NCBI GenBank assembly: GCA_049512315.1
Contig: JBEKXF010000008.1
Span: forward strand, 62,001 to 111,221
Direction of reading: 5' to 3'
DNA: 49,221 bases
Origin: Candidatus Aminicenantales bacterium
GTDB taxonomy: Bacteria > Acidobacteriota > Aminicenantia > Aminicenantales > Saccharicenantaceae
Made by a program: the position numbers and the translations under genes. Below, piece after piece: positions 17,568-25,670 of this stretch; position 1 is the first letter of the stretch; each line of letters starts with the position of its first letter. The notes below the pieces were generated by a model. The model did no database searches, was not told the DNA's origin, and saw nothing but the letters and a program-made list of their open reading frames with translations.

Positions 17568-18788
17568 ATGCCCGGGAATAAAAGGATCTCGGCACCGGCC
17601 GCCGTCGTGGCCATTTTGGCCTTCGTTCTTTCCCCCGCCTTCTCCCAGGAGAAGGCTTCCGCCCCGGTGACCGTCGCGGTGCGGGTTTTCGACGGCCGAC
17701 AATTCGTCGACGGGCTCGCCCTTCGGGATTTCGAGCTCCTGGAGGGCGGCGTTCCCCAGAAGATCGACGCGCTCTTCAAGGTCGACAAGAACGCGGTCAC
17801 CCGCCAGGAAGGTGAGGGTCCCGCCTTGCCCGTCACGGCCAGACGGTTTTATTTGCTCTTTCAGATGTATGCATACAATCCCAAGATCTCCGAGGCCCTC
17901 CGCTATTTCTTCAACAACGCCCTCCTTCCCGGCGACACTCTGGAGATCCAGACGACGATCCGGAATTACATGCTCACGCCCGCGGCCTTCGCCAAGAAGC
18001 CCAAGGACGTCCTGGCCAAGGAGATGGACGAGATCGTCCGGAAAGACATCAACCAGGGGAATTTCGTCTACACCGGCCTGGTGCGGGAGCTCAGACAGCT
18101 TGTCCAGGGCATCGAGGGCTTGAATCCCATCGCCGGCGGCGACGAAGCCGCCGGTGGGATGGTCTCCTATTTCGGGCTGGAACAGCGCATGAGCCAATAC
18201 CGGGAGTCCCTGACTAAGTTGGAGGCCCTGCAGAGCATCGACCAAAACAAGATCATCGCTTTCGCCCAGGCGCTCAAGCGGCAGGACGGGCGGAAATTCC
18301 TTTTCTTTTTCTACCAGCAGGAATACCGGCCGGAAATCAGCCCCCAGATGCTCAACACCCTCATCGACATCAACCAGGAGAACCAAACCATCCTCGCCGA
18401 CCTCCACGAGCTCTTCCAGGTCTACCACCGGAATATCTCTTATGACGTCAAGACGATCGTCCAGGCCTATTGCGACTCCGGCGCCGACGTCAACTTTCTC
18501 TTCATGAAAAGGACGCCGGAGAAATTCGGCGGCATCACCATGCGGGAGCAGTCCGAGGACGTGTTCAAGCTCTTTTCGCAGATCTCCGCGACCACGGGCG
18601 GCATCTCCGAAACCACGCAAAATCCAGTCGCCGAAGTCGGAGACGCCCTCAAAGCCGCGGAAACGTATTACCTTCTCTCCTATACGCCGACCCCGGGCGC
18701 CGGCGCCGGCACGTTCAAGACAATCTCCGTCAAGGTGAAAGAGAAAGACTATAAGGTCTTGAATCGGCGGGGCTACATCACGAGTTGA
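17568..18788 (+). CDS. Exported protein resembling acidobacterial VWA-associated proteins
   Basis: Signal peptide; FVDGLALRDFELLEGGVPQKI near N-terminus, ISATTGG and YYLLSYTP...FKTISVKV...RRGY C-terminus; SD AAGGAG. Confidence 0.7.
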   Translation: MPGNKRISAPAAVVAILAFVLSPAFSQEKASAPVTVAVRVFDGRQFVDGLALRDFELLEGGVPQKIDALFKVDKNAVTRQEGEGPALPVTARRFYLLFQMYAYNPKISEALRYFFNNALLPGDTLEIQTTIRNYMLTPAAFAKKPKDVLAKEMDEIVRKDINQGNFVYTGLVRELRQLVQGIEGLNPIAGGDEAAGGMVSYFGLEQRMSQYRESLTKLEALQSIDQNKIIAFAQALKRQDGRKFLFFFYQQEYRPEISPQMLNTLIDINQENQTILADLHELFQVYHRNISYDVKTIVQAYCDSGADVNFLFMKRTPEKFGGITMREQSEDVFKLFSQISATTGGISETTQNPVAEVGDALKAAETYYLLSYTPTPGAGAGTFKTISVKVKEKDYKVLNRRGYITS

Positions 18789-18895
18789 GCTTCGGTCCGC
18801 CCGCCGCCCGAACGACGTCCCGAGAATTGAGGTCAAGGAGCTACCCCCTGGGCAAAGGTCGCTATGGGGAAAATGGGCTATTTCCCTTCGGAATT

Positions 18896-18944
18896 TTGGA
18901 TAATATCCAATTTATTGGATTCCCATCCGTCGCGGAAAATTTCC
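18896..18944. promoter_or_regulatory. Dyad cluster, candidate enhancer for the sigma54 promoter
   Basis: TTGGATA-A-TATCCAA overlapping ATCCAA-TTTA-TTGGAT, plus GGAAA-A-TTTCC, 60-110 bp upstream of the -24 box. Confidence 0.45.
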
Positions 18945-19004
18945 ACGCCCCCATAAGTATCTGATATTTCACAATTTGGCCTCACTAACCTGACTAATCT
19001 CGCA

Positions 19005-19020
19005 TGGCACGAATATTGCT
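19005..19020 (+). promoter_or_regulatory. sigma54 (RpoN) -24/-12 promoter
   Basis: TGGCACG-AATA-TTGCT matches TGGCACG-N4-TTGCW exactly, in AT-rich intergenic DNA. Confidence 0.85.
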
Positions 19021-19161
19021 TATTATGGTAAAATGTATTTTCCTAATTCCAATGAAGAAAAGGAGGTGAGAATGATTTCTATCCCCGGTGCACATGGAGG
19101 GGAATAGGAGGAGTGGACAACCACTCCAGGATAAGGTAGCAATCTTCCTATAGGAGGAAAT

Positions 19162-22100
19162 GTGAAAAAGAGCCTCATCGTACTTTCAATCTTGCTTCTT
19201 TCCGTTTCTCTCATGGCTCAGGTGAGAACCGGCACCATTTATGGGCATATCACTGATACGCAGGGCGCGCCTCTTCCGGGCGTCTCCGTAACTCTGATTT
19301 CGCCGGCCGGCGCCCCTATCACCTCCGTCACCGACGACCAGGGCATCTTCAGGTTCCCGTCCCTAGACCCGAGCCCGAAGTATGCGTTGACGGCCGAGCT
19401 GCAGGGATTCAAGAAGCAGGAAAAGACCGGTATCATAGTCGCCTTGGGAACGCAATCCAAGATCGACCTGACAATGGAGCAGGGTAAGCTCGAAGAAGAA
19501 GTGACGGTCGTCGCCGTGACACCGACGGTCGACGCCAAGAAGACCTCGGTCGGCAAGAACGTCACCCAGGAAATCCTGCAATCCCTGCCGACGGCCAGAG
19601 ACCCCTGGCAAATCATGCAGCTGTCGCCGTCCATCATCATGGACCGCGAGAACGTCGGCGGCACCGAGTCCGGCCAGCAGGCGGTCTACGTCGCCAAGGG
19701 CGGCGGGAGCGGCAACAACGTCTGGTCCGTTGACGGCGTCGTCGTCACCGACCCGGCGGCCATCGGCTCATCCCCCATTTATTGGGACTTCGACTCGTTC
19801 GAGGAAATGAACATCGTCACCGGTGGCGCGGACGTCAGCATCCAGACAGGCGGCATCGCCCTGAACATGGTCACCAAACGCGGCGGCAACAAGGTCGCCT
19901 TCGGCGGCCGCTTCTACCTGACCGACAGCGCGTTGCAGGCCAGCAACCTGACCGACGCCCTGAGAACACAAGGCGTCACAGCCATCAATAAGATCAACCA
20001 GATCAAGGACTACGGTTTCAACGTCGGCGGTCCGGTCATCAAGGATAAGCTCTGGCTCTGGGGGTCTTACGGCGTCCAGGATATCAATGAACTCGCGATC
20101 ACCGGCACGCCCCTCAAGCCGCTCATCACGGATTACAACTTCAAGCTGAACGCCCAGATCATTCCCTCGAACCGGTTCGAAGCGCTGTACACAGCGGGCG
20201 CCAAGGTGTTCATCGGGCGGGACGCCAGCCAGTCCTTCCCCGAAGGGCGCGACCAGGACAGCCCCTACCACTGGGGCGACCCCATCTGGAAGATCCAGGA
20301 CGAGCAGATGATCGGCAACGACCTCCTGATCTCCGCCAAGGTCGCTTTCATGGACGCCTCGTTCGAGCTGCTCCCCCACAGCGACCACAGCTTGACGAGC
20401 CTCCTGAACTATGACGCCACCAACGACATCTATCGGGACTACTGGTACTACATCACGACGCGGCCGATGCACGACTATAACCTCAACCTCCAGTACTTCA
20501 ACGACAAGCTGTTCGGCGTCAGCCACGAGATCAAGATGGGTGTGGAGTACTCTAACCGCCGCGTGACCACGGACTCTTCGACCCCCGGGAACCTCGAGAA
20601 ATTCTACAACCTGAACTGGCAGGATATCGACCCGGCGGGGACGGGCAACCCGAAGTACACCCCGAATATGCAAGAATGGCAGATCTACTCCCAGTACAAT
20701 CTCGACTACAAAGTCAAGCAATTGGCCGCCTTCTTCCAGGACACGGTCACGACCGGCCGGTTCAACTTCCTCCTGGGCCTCCGCTACGACCACCAGGTGC
20801 CTGGAATCAATTCGACCACTTCCTCGACCATCACTAGCAACCCGCTCTGGACGCAATACTTCGATTCGTCGGTCGTGGCCGCGCTCAAGGCCTTCATGCC
20901 CGGCGTTAACCAACCCGCCGTCTCGCCCAACTACAGGTGGAATGTCTTTTCTCCGCGCATCGGCATCACCTATGACCTCTTCGGCACGGGCAAGACCATC
21001 CTCAAGCTGAGCGGCTCCATGTACGGCGACTTCATGGGCACGGGCTCTGCGTCCGGCTTGTTTACTTCCTACGGAGTGTTCGGCGCCTGGATGGATTGGT
21101 ATTGGCTGGACGGCTTTTCAGGTTTCAATCCCGACGGCACTCCCATTATAGGTGCGACGGACGGCAAAATGCAGGCCGGCGAGATGATGGTCCCCGACCC
21201 CAGCACTAGCGCTCCCGTACCTTTATTTACCGGCAGCGGGTCGACCCTCGCTGTGAATCCGGTCGTCGCCGACCCGACGGGCCCGTACAACGGCAACATG
21301 TGGGCCAATTTCACTCCCGGTAATACGGTTCCCGGGGTTTCACGCTACACCGTGAATTCGGATGCCACTTCGTCCCGGACCTGGGAACTCCTGGCCACGG
21401 TCGATCACGAGCTCCTGCCGGACTTCAGCGTCGGCCTGAACGCGACCTACAGGAAGTACAACCATTTCAGCTGGAATCCCGCCTATTATACCAACGGCGC
21501 TTATGGTGACTACACGGTCGGTGGCCAGAACGTCGTCAGGGATTTCAACCTGTACGGGGTTGCCGGCCAGATTCCGACGTCCTACCAGGGTATCGACTTT
21601 GGCGCCGGGGCCGGGCGTGATTATTACCTCCTGAATGTCGGCTACGGCAATACTCCGTACCTCATCCACGAGCTCAACACGAACTACGAGACCTATTGGG
21701 GCCTCGACCTGGTCTTCAACAAGCGGCTCACCAACAGGTGGATGTTTGACGGCTCCTTGTCCTACATGGACCAGAAGTATCATTACGGCAACGGCTACAC
21801 CAACCCGTCGAACCTCTGGGCCCAGCAAGACCAGCTCTATGCGCCTGCGTTAGGCCTTGCCTCGGGCAAGATCAACCAGTACATTTTCTCCCATTGGATG
21901 GCCAAGTTCGAAGGCCTCTACCAGCTGCCCTTAGACTTCAACGTCTCCTTCACCTTCAATGCTCGCGCCGGCCATGTCATCCCCCAGTACATCTCCATCA
22001 CCGACCGTCGGTGGGCCAACGCCTACAACCGAAGCACCGGCTCTCTCTATCTAAACGTTTTCGGCAAGCAGACGCTCCCTGTCTTTTACCAGCTGAACAT

Positions 22101-22329
22101 GCGCCTCGAGAAGATGGTCAAGCTTGGTGAGGGACGTATCTACCTCATGGCCGACTGCTTCAACTTGCTCAACAGCTCCATCGTCAACAGGCGATACGAC
22201 AAGAACTATGGAACTTACAGCATCTCCGCGACTGGCGTCATATCCTATTCTCCCTATGCCAACAATTACAACATCAACGAGATCCTGAACCCCCGCATCG
22301 CCCGGCTTGGAGTCCGGTTCCAGTTCTAA
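19162..22329 (+). CDS. Large TonB-dependent receptor with N-terminal carboxypeptidase-regulatory-like domain (Oar-like)
   Basis: GTG start with SD AGGAGG, signal peptide, GAPLPGVSVT, EEVTVVA TonB box, GLRYD, FSPRIGITYDLFG.GKTILK, C-terminal LGVRFQF. Confidence 0.92.
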   Translation: MKKSLIVLSILLLSVSLMAQVRTGTIYGHITDTQGAPLPGVSVTLISPAGAPITSVTDDQGIFRFPSLDPSPKYALTAELQGFKKQEKTGIIVALGTQSKIDLTMEQGKLEEEVTVVAVTPTVDAKKTSVGKNVTQEILQSLPTARDPWQIMQLSPSIIMDRENVGGTESGQQAVYVAKGGGSGNNVWSVDGVVVTDPAAIGSSPIYWDFDSFEEMNIVTGGADVSIQTGGIALNMVTKRGGNKVAFGGRFYLTDSALQASNLTDALRTQGVTAINKINQIKDYGFNVGGPVIKDKLWLWGSYGVQDINELAITGTPLKPLITDYNFKLNAQIIPSNRFEALYTAGAKVFIGRDASQSFPEGRDQDSPYHWGDPIWKIQDEQMIGNDLLISAKVAFMDASFELLPHSDHSLTSLLNYDATNDIYRDYWYYITTRPMHDYNLNLQYFNDKLFGVSHEIKMGVEYSNRRVTTDSSTPGNLEKFYNLNWQDIDPAGTGNPKYTPNMQEWQIYSQYNLDYKVKQLAAFFQDTVTTGRFNFLLGLRYDHQVPGINSTTSSTITSNPLWTQYFDSSVVAALKAFMPGVNQPAVSPNYRWNVFSPRIGITYDLFGTGKTILKLSGSMYGDFMGTGSASGLFTSYGVFGAWMDWYWLDGFSGFNPDGTPIIGATDGKMQAGEMMVPDPSTSAPVPLFTGSGSTLAVNPVVADPTGPYNGNMWANFTPGNTVPGVSRYTVNSDATSSRTWELLATVDHELLPDFSVGLNATYRKYNHFSWNPAYYTNGAYGDYTVGGQNVVRDFNLYGVAGQIPTSYQGIDFGAGAGRDYYLLNVGYGNTPYLIHELNTNYETYWGLDLVFNKRLTNRWMFDGSLSYMDQKYHYGNGYTNPSNLWAQQDQLYAPALGLASGKINQYIFSHWMAKFEGLYQLPLDFNVSFTFNARAGHVIPQYISITDRRWANAYNRSTGSLYLNVFGKQTLPVFYQLNMRLEKMVKLGEGRIYLMADCFNLLNSSIVNRRYDKNYGTYSISATGVISYSPYANNYNINEILNPRIARLGVRFQF

Positions 22330-22357
22330 GCTGACCCCGCAAAGAAAGCACATGCTC

Positions 22358-22396
22358 AAAGCCCCTCCCCCCGCCGGGGGGGAGGGGCTTTTTTTT
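22358..22396 (+). terminator. Rho-independent terminator
   Basis: AAAGCCCCTCCCCCC-GCC-GGGGGGGAGGGGC followed by a T8 run. Confidence 0.9.
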
Positions 22397-22446
22397 GCCC
22401 CTGCTTCCCCCGCCGTGATAGAATGGATCTCTCGAGAGGAGGTCCC

Positions 22447-24570
22447 ATGGGCCCGTCCATGACGCGCCGCGCCGCGGGAATCGGTCTCGTCGTCGCCACC
22501 CTGGCCCTGTTCTCCGGCCTGCCCTTGAAAGCAGCTCCGCCGCGGCCGAACCTGCTCCTGGTCACGATCGATACGCTGCGGCCGGACCGGCTGAGCTGCT
22601 ACGGGTCCTCGCACCTGAAGACCCCGGGCATCGACCGCCTGGCCGCGTCGGGCGTCGTCTTTGGCCGCGCCTTCGCCCACACGCCGCTGACCCTCCCTTC
22701 CCATACCAACATCCTGCTCGGGACGACCCCGCTCCGGCACGGCGTCCACGACAACGGCAACTTCAAGGTCCCGGAAAGCCTCCCCAACCTGGCCACGTTC
22801 TTGAAGGAAAACGGCTATGTCACGGGCGCTTTCATCGGCGCCTTCCCGCTCGACGCGCGCTTCGGGCTCAACCGCGGGTTCGACGTCTATGATGAAAACT
22901 ACGGGTCCGGGACGGGCCTGGACTTCCAGTTCGTCGAGAGAAAAGCGGAGGCCGTCGTCGCTGGCGCCCTGGCCTGGCTCGAAGGACGGCCGGGGCCCTG
23001 GTTCCTGTGGATCCACCTCTTCGATCCCCACCAGCCCTACGAGCCCCCCGCGCCGTTCTCGGACCGGTTCAAGGACGACCCCTACAGCGGCGAGGTGGCT
23101 TACGTGGATTCCGCGCTGGCCAAGCTTTTCGGCTTTCTCGAGGATTCGCGCCAGGCCGGTTCGACGGTCGTCGTCTTCACCGGCGATCACGGCCAGTCGC
23201 TGGGCGAGCACGGCGAGACGACCCACGGCTATTTCGCCTACAACTCGACGCTCTGGGTGCCTTTGATCGTCTCCGGCCCCGGCGTCAAGCCGGGCCGGGT
23301 GGAGGAGAACGTCTGCCACATCGACATCTTCCCGACCGTCTGCGACCTCCTGGGCCTGCCCCGGCCGGCTTATCTCGAGGGCGTGTCGCTCCTGCCGGTT
23401 CTGCAGGGAAAGGGCTTGACGTCCCTGGCGCTGCGGCCGATCTACTTCGAGTCGCTTTACGCCTACTACCGGCGCGGCTGGGCGCCCCTCCGGGGATTTA
23501 TCAGGGGCTCGAAAAAATTCATCGATTCGCCCATTCCGGAGGTCTATGACCTCAAGACTGATTTCAATGAATCGAGGAACCTGGCTGGAAAAGACGTCGC
23601 CCGGGAGAAGGCCGAACTGGCCGACCTCATCCAGTCCGAATCCGGAACTGCGGCCGCCTCGAGACCCCGGCTGGACGCCGCGGCCCGGGAAAAGCTCCAG
23701 AGCCTCGGTTACGTGGGCGGGTTCCAGCCGCCCGCCAAGGATAAGTTCGGGCCCCCGGACGACTTGAAAACGCTTCTTCCTTACAACCGCAAGTTCGAGG
23801 AAGCCCAGGACCTTTATTTCCGGGGGGAGGCCGAGAAGAGCATCACCCTCCTCCGGGAGCTCCTCCGGGAGCGACCGGACTTCGACAACCCTTACCTTTT
23901 CCTGGTGACGGTTTATGAAAAGCAGCGCCGGCTGGCCGGGGCCGAGGCCGTCCTGGAGACGGGCGTGGAGGCCAATCCACGCAACTACAAGCTGGCCATC
24001 GAATACGGCATTGTCCTGGCCGAGAGGGGCAGGAACGACGAGGCCATTGGAGTCCTCCAGAAGGCCTCGGGCATGATCGACTGGGACCCGGAGCTGTGGA
24101 ACTATCTGGGCGTGGCTTACTGGAACAAGGGCGACCTCGCGAACGCCGTCACGGCCTACGAGCATGCCCTCTCCCTCGACCCCAAGTATGCCGTTGTCCT
24201 GTCGAACCTCGGAACGGTCCAGGCCTCTCTGGCCATGAAAAAAAAGGACGTGACCACCCTCCGTCGGGCCATGGATTATTTCAAGCGGGCCATCGAATCC
24301 GACCCGCGGGACGCCTCCGCCTATAACGGCCTGGGAGCGGCCTACCTCATGCTCGGGAACGTGGACGCGGCCATCTCCTGCTGGGGCCAGGCCATCGAGA
24401 TCGACCCCGGACACAGGTTCGCCCTCTACAACCTGGGGACGGCCTACCTTGACAAGGGCGACAAGGCCAAGGCCTTGAAGGTCCTGACCAGGTACAAGGA
24501 GCGTTATTACAAGGCCCTGCCGCCCCGGGAAAAATCGTCGCTCGACGCTCTCCTCGAAAAGTGCCGCTGA
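22447..24570 (+). CDS. Sulfatase-like hydrolase/transferase fused to TPR repeats
   Basis: NLLLVTIDTLRPD, TLPSH, HLFDPHQPY, GDHGQSLGEHGE; C-terminal TPRs; SD GGAGG before ATG 22447. Confidence 0.9.
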   Translation: MGPSMTRRAAGIGLVVATLALFSGLPLKAAPPRPNLLLVTIDTLRPDRLSCYGSSHLKTPGIDRLAASGVVFGRAFAHTPLTLPSHTNILLGTTPLRHGVHDNGNFKVPESLPNLATFLKENGYVTGAFIGAFPLDARFGLNRGFDVYDENYGSGTGLDFQFVERKAEAVVAGALAWLEGRPGPWFLWIHLFDPHQPYEPPAPFSDRFKDDPYSGEVAYVDSALAKLFGFLEDSRQAGSTVVVFTGDHGQSLGEHGETTHGYFAYNSTLWVPLIVSGPGVKPGRVEENVCHIDIFPTVCDLLGLPRPAYLEGVSLLPVLQGKGLTSLALRPIYFESLYAYYRRGWAPLRGFIRGSKKFIDSPIPEVYDLKTDFNESRNLAGKDVAREKAELADLIQSESGTAAASRPRLDAAAREKLQSLGYVGGFQPPAKDKFGPPDDLKTLLPYNRKFEEAQDLYFRGEAEKSITLLRELLRERPDFDNPYLFLVTVYEKQRRLAGAEAVLETGVEANPRNYKLAIEYGIVLAERGRNDEAIGVLQKASGMIDWDPELWNYLGVAYWNKGDLANAVTAYEHALSLDPKYAVVLSNLGTVQASLAMKKKDVTTLRRAMDYFKRAIESDPRDASAYNGLGAAYLMLGNVDAAISCWGQAIEIDPGHRFALYNLGTAYLDKGDKAKALKVLTRYKERYYKALPPREKSSLDALLEKCR

Positions 24571-24633
24571 GTCTTTGCTTTCGTCCCGCCCTATGCTAAA
24601 ATAATCAATACGAGTGTCATCCGGAGGTCGGAT

Positions 24634-25548
24634 ATGAAAAAATTCCTGTTGATCACGCTTTGCGCCCTGACGGCCACGTCCCTTTTACCCGCCCAGGAAT
24701 GGAAAGGCCAGGGACGGCTCCCCGGGATTGTTCTCGACGAGCAAGGCCGGCCCATCGAGGGGGTCCGGGTGAAACTGTCCTGCCCGAAATGGGGAGGCGG
24801 CTTCGATACGAAGACGGACAAGGATGGGAAATGGCTTGGCGCCTGGATGCGCACCGGGTTGTGGAACATCGATTTCGATAAGATCGGCTACACGCCGCTC
24901 CACAAGTCGCTGCAAATGAACCAGTTCGAAAAATATAAGGAAATGAAGGTCGTCATGAAGAAGGTCGAAGGGCTGGTCGTCAGCGATGACATGAAGAAAG
25001 ACCTCACGGCGGCCAACGACCTCTTTGATAAGAAAGACTATGGCGCGGCCATCGATGCTTATAAGGCCTTCCTGGTCAAGTACCCCGACGCCTATTTCAT
25101 CTGGAGGAATATCGGCAACAGCTATTTCCTCCAGGAGAAATACGACGAGGCCGAGGCGGCCTACAAGCAGATCCTGACCAAGGAGCCGAACGATGTTGAA
25201 GCCAATATCAGCATCGGCAACTGCTATGCCAACCGCAAGAACACGGAAGCGGCCATGGAATGGTACGGCAAGGTCGCCCTGGAGAAGATCACGGATTCGA
25301 ACCTCCTGTATTCGGTCGGCCTGGCCTATTTCAAAACGTCGCGGCTCGAGGACGCCCGAGACTATTTCGAGAAGGCGGTCGAGCTCGATGAGACCCAAAC
25401 CGACGCCCTTTATCAGCTGGGAATAACGTATACAGCCCTGCAAAACAAGGAGAAGGCCATCGCGACGTTCGAGAAGTATCTCAAGGCCGACCCCGATTCG
25501 GAAAGGGCCGGCCAGGTCAAGGGCTTCCTGGACTACCTGAAAAAATAA
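24634..25548 (+). CDS. Exported carboxypeptidase-regulatory-like domain + TPR protein
   Basis: Signal peptide, VLDEQGRPIEGVRV...TDKDGKW, several TPRs; SD GGAGG. Confidence 0.85.
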   Translation: MKKFLLITLCALTATSLLPAQEWKGQGRLPGIVLDEQGRPIEGVRVKLSCPKWGGGFDTKTDKDGKWLGAWMRTGLWNIDFDKIGYTPLHKSLQMNQFEKYKEMKVVMKKVEGLVVSDDMKKDLTAANDLFDKKDYGAAIDAYKAFLVKYPDAYFIWRNIGNSYFLQEKYDEAEAAYKQILTKEPNDVEANISIGNCYANRKNTEAAMEWYGKVALEKITDSNLLYSVGLAYFKTSRLEDARDYFEKAVELDETQTDALYQLGITYTALQNKEKAIATFEKYLKADPDSERAGQVKGFLDYLKK

Positions 25549-25670
25549 CGGTTTCCCGGCGGAAAGATCGAACGAAATTCCGCCCGCCGGAGTTATCAGA
25601 AAGGCCCCTGAGCGGGCCGGCCGCCAGGCCGGACAGCTGAGGGAGCGAGTTTACCGTGAGGTTTGAGGCC

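Noticed and set aside
13351..17581. Long plus-strand ORFs opposite guaB and secA (and similar ORFs across the window)
   Set aside because: Antisense or alternative-frame artefacts of high GC3 with no recognisable domains
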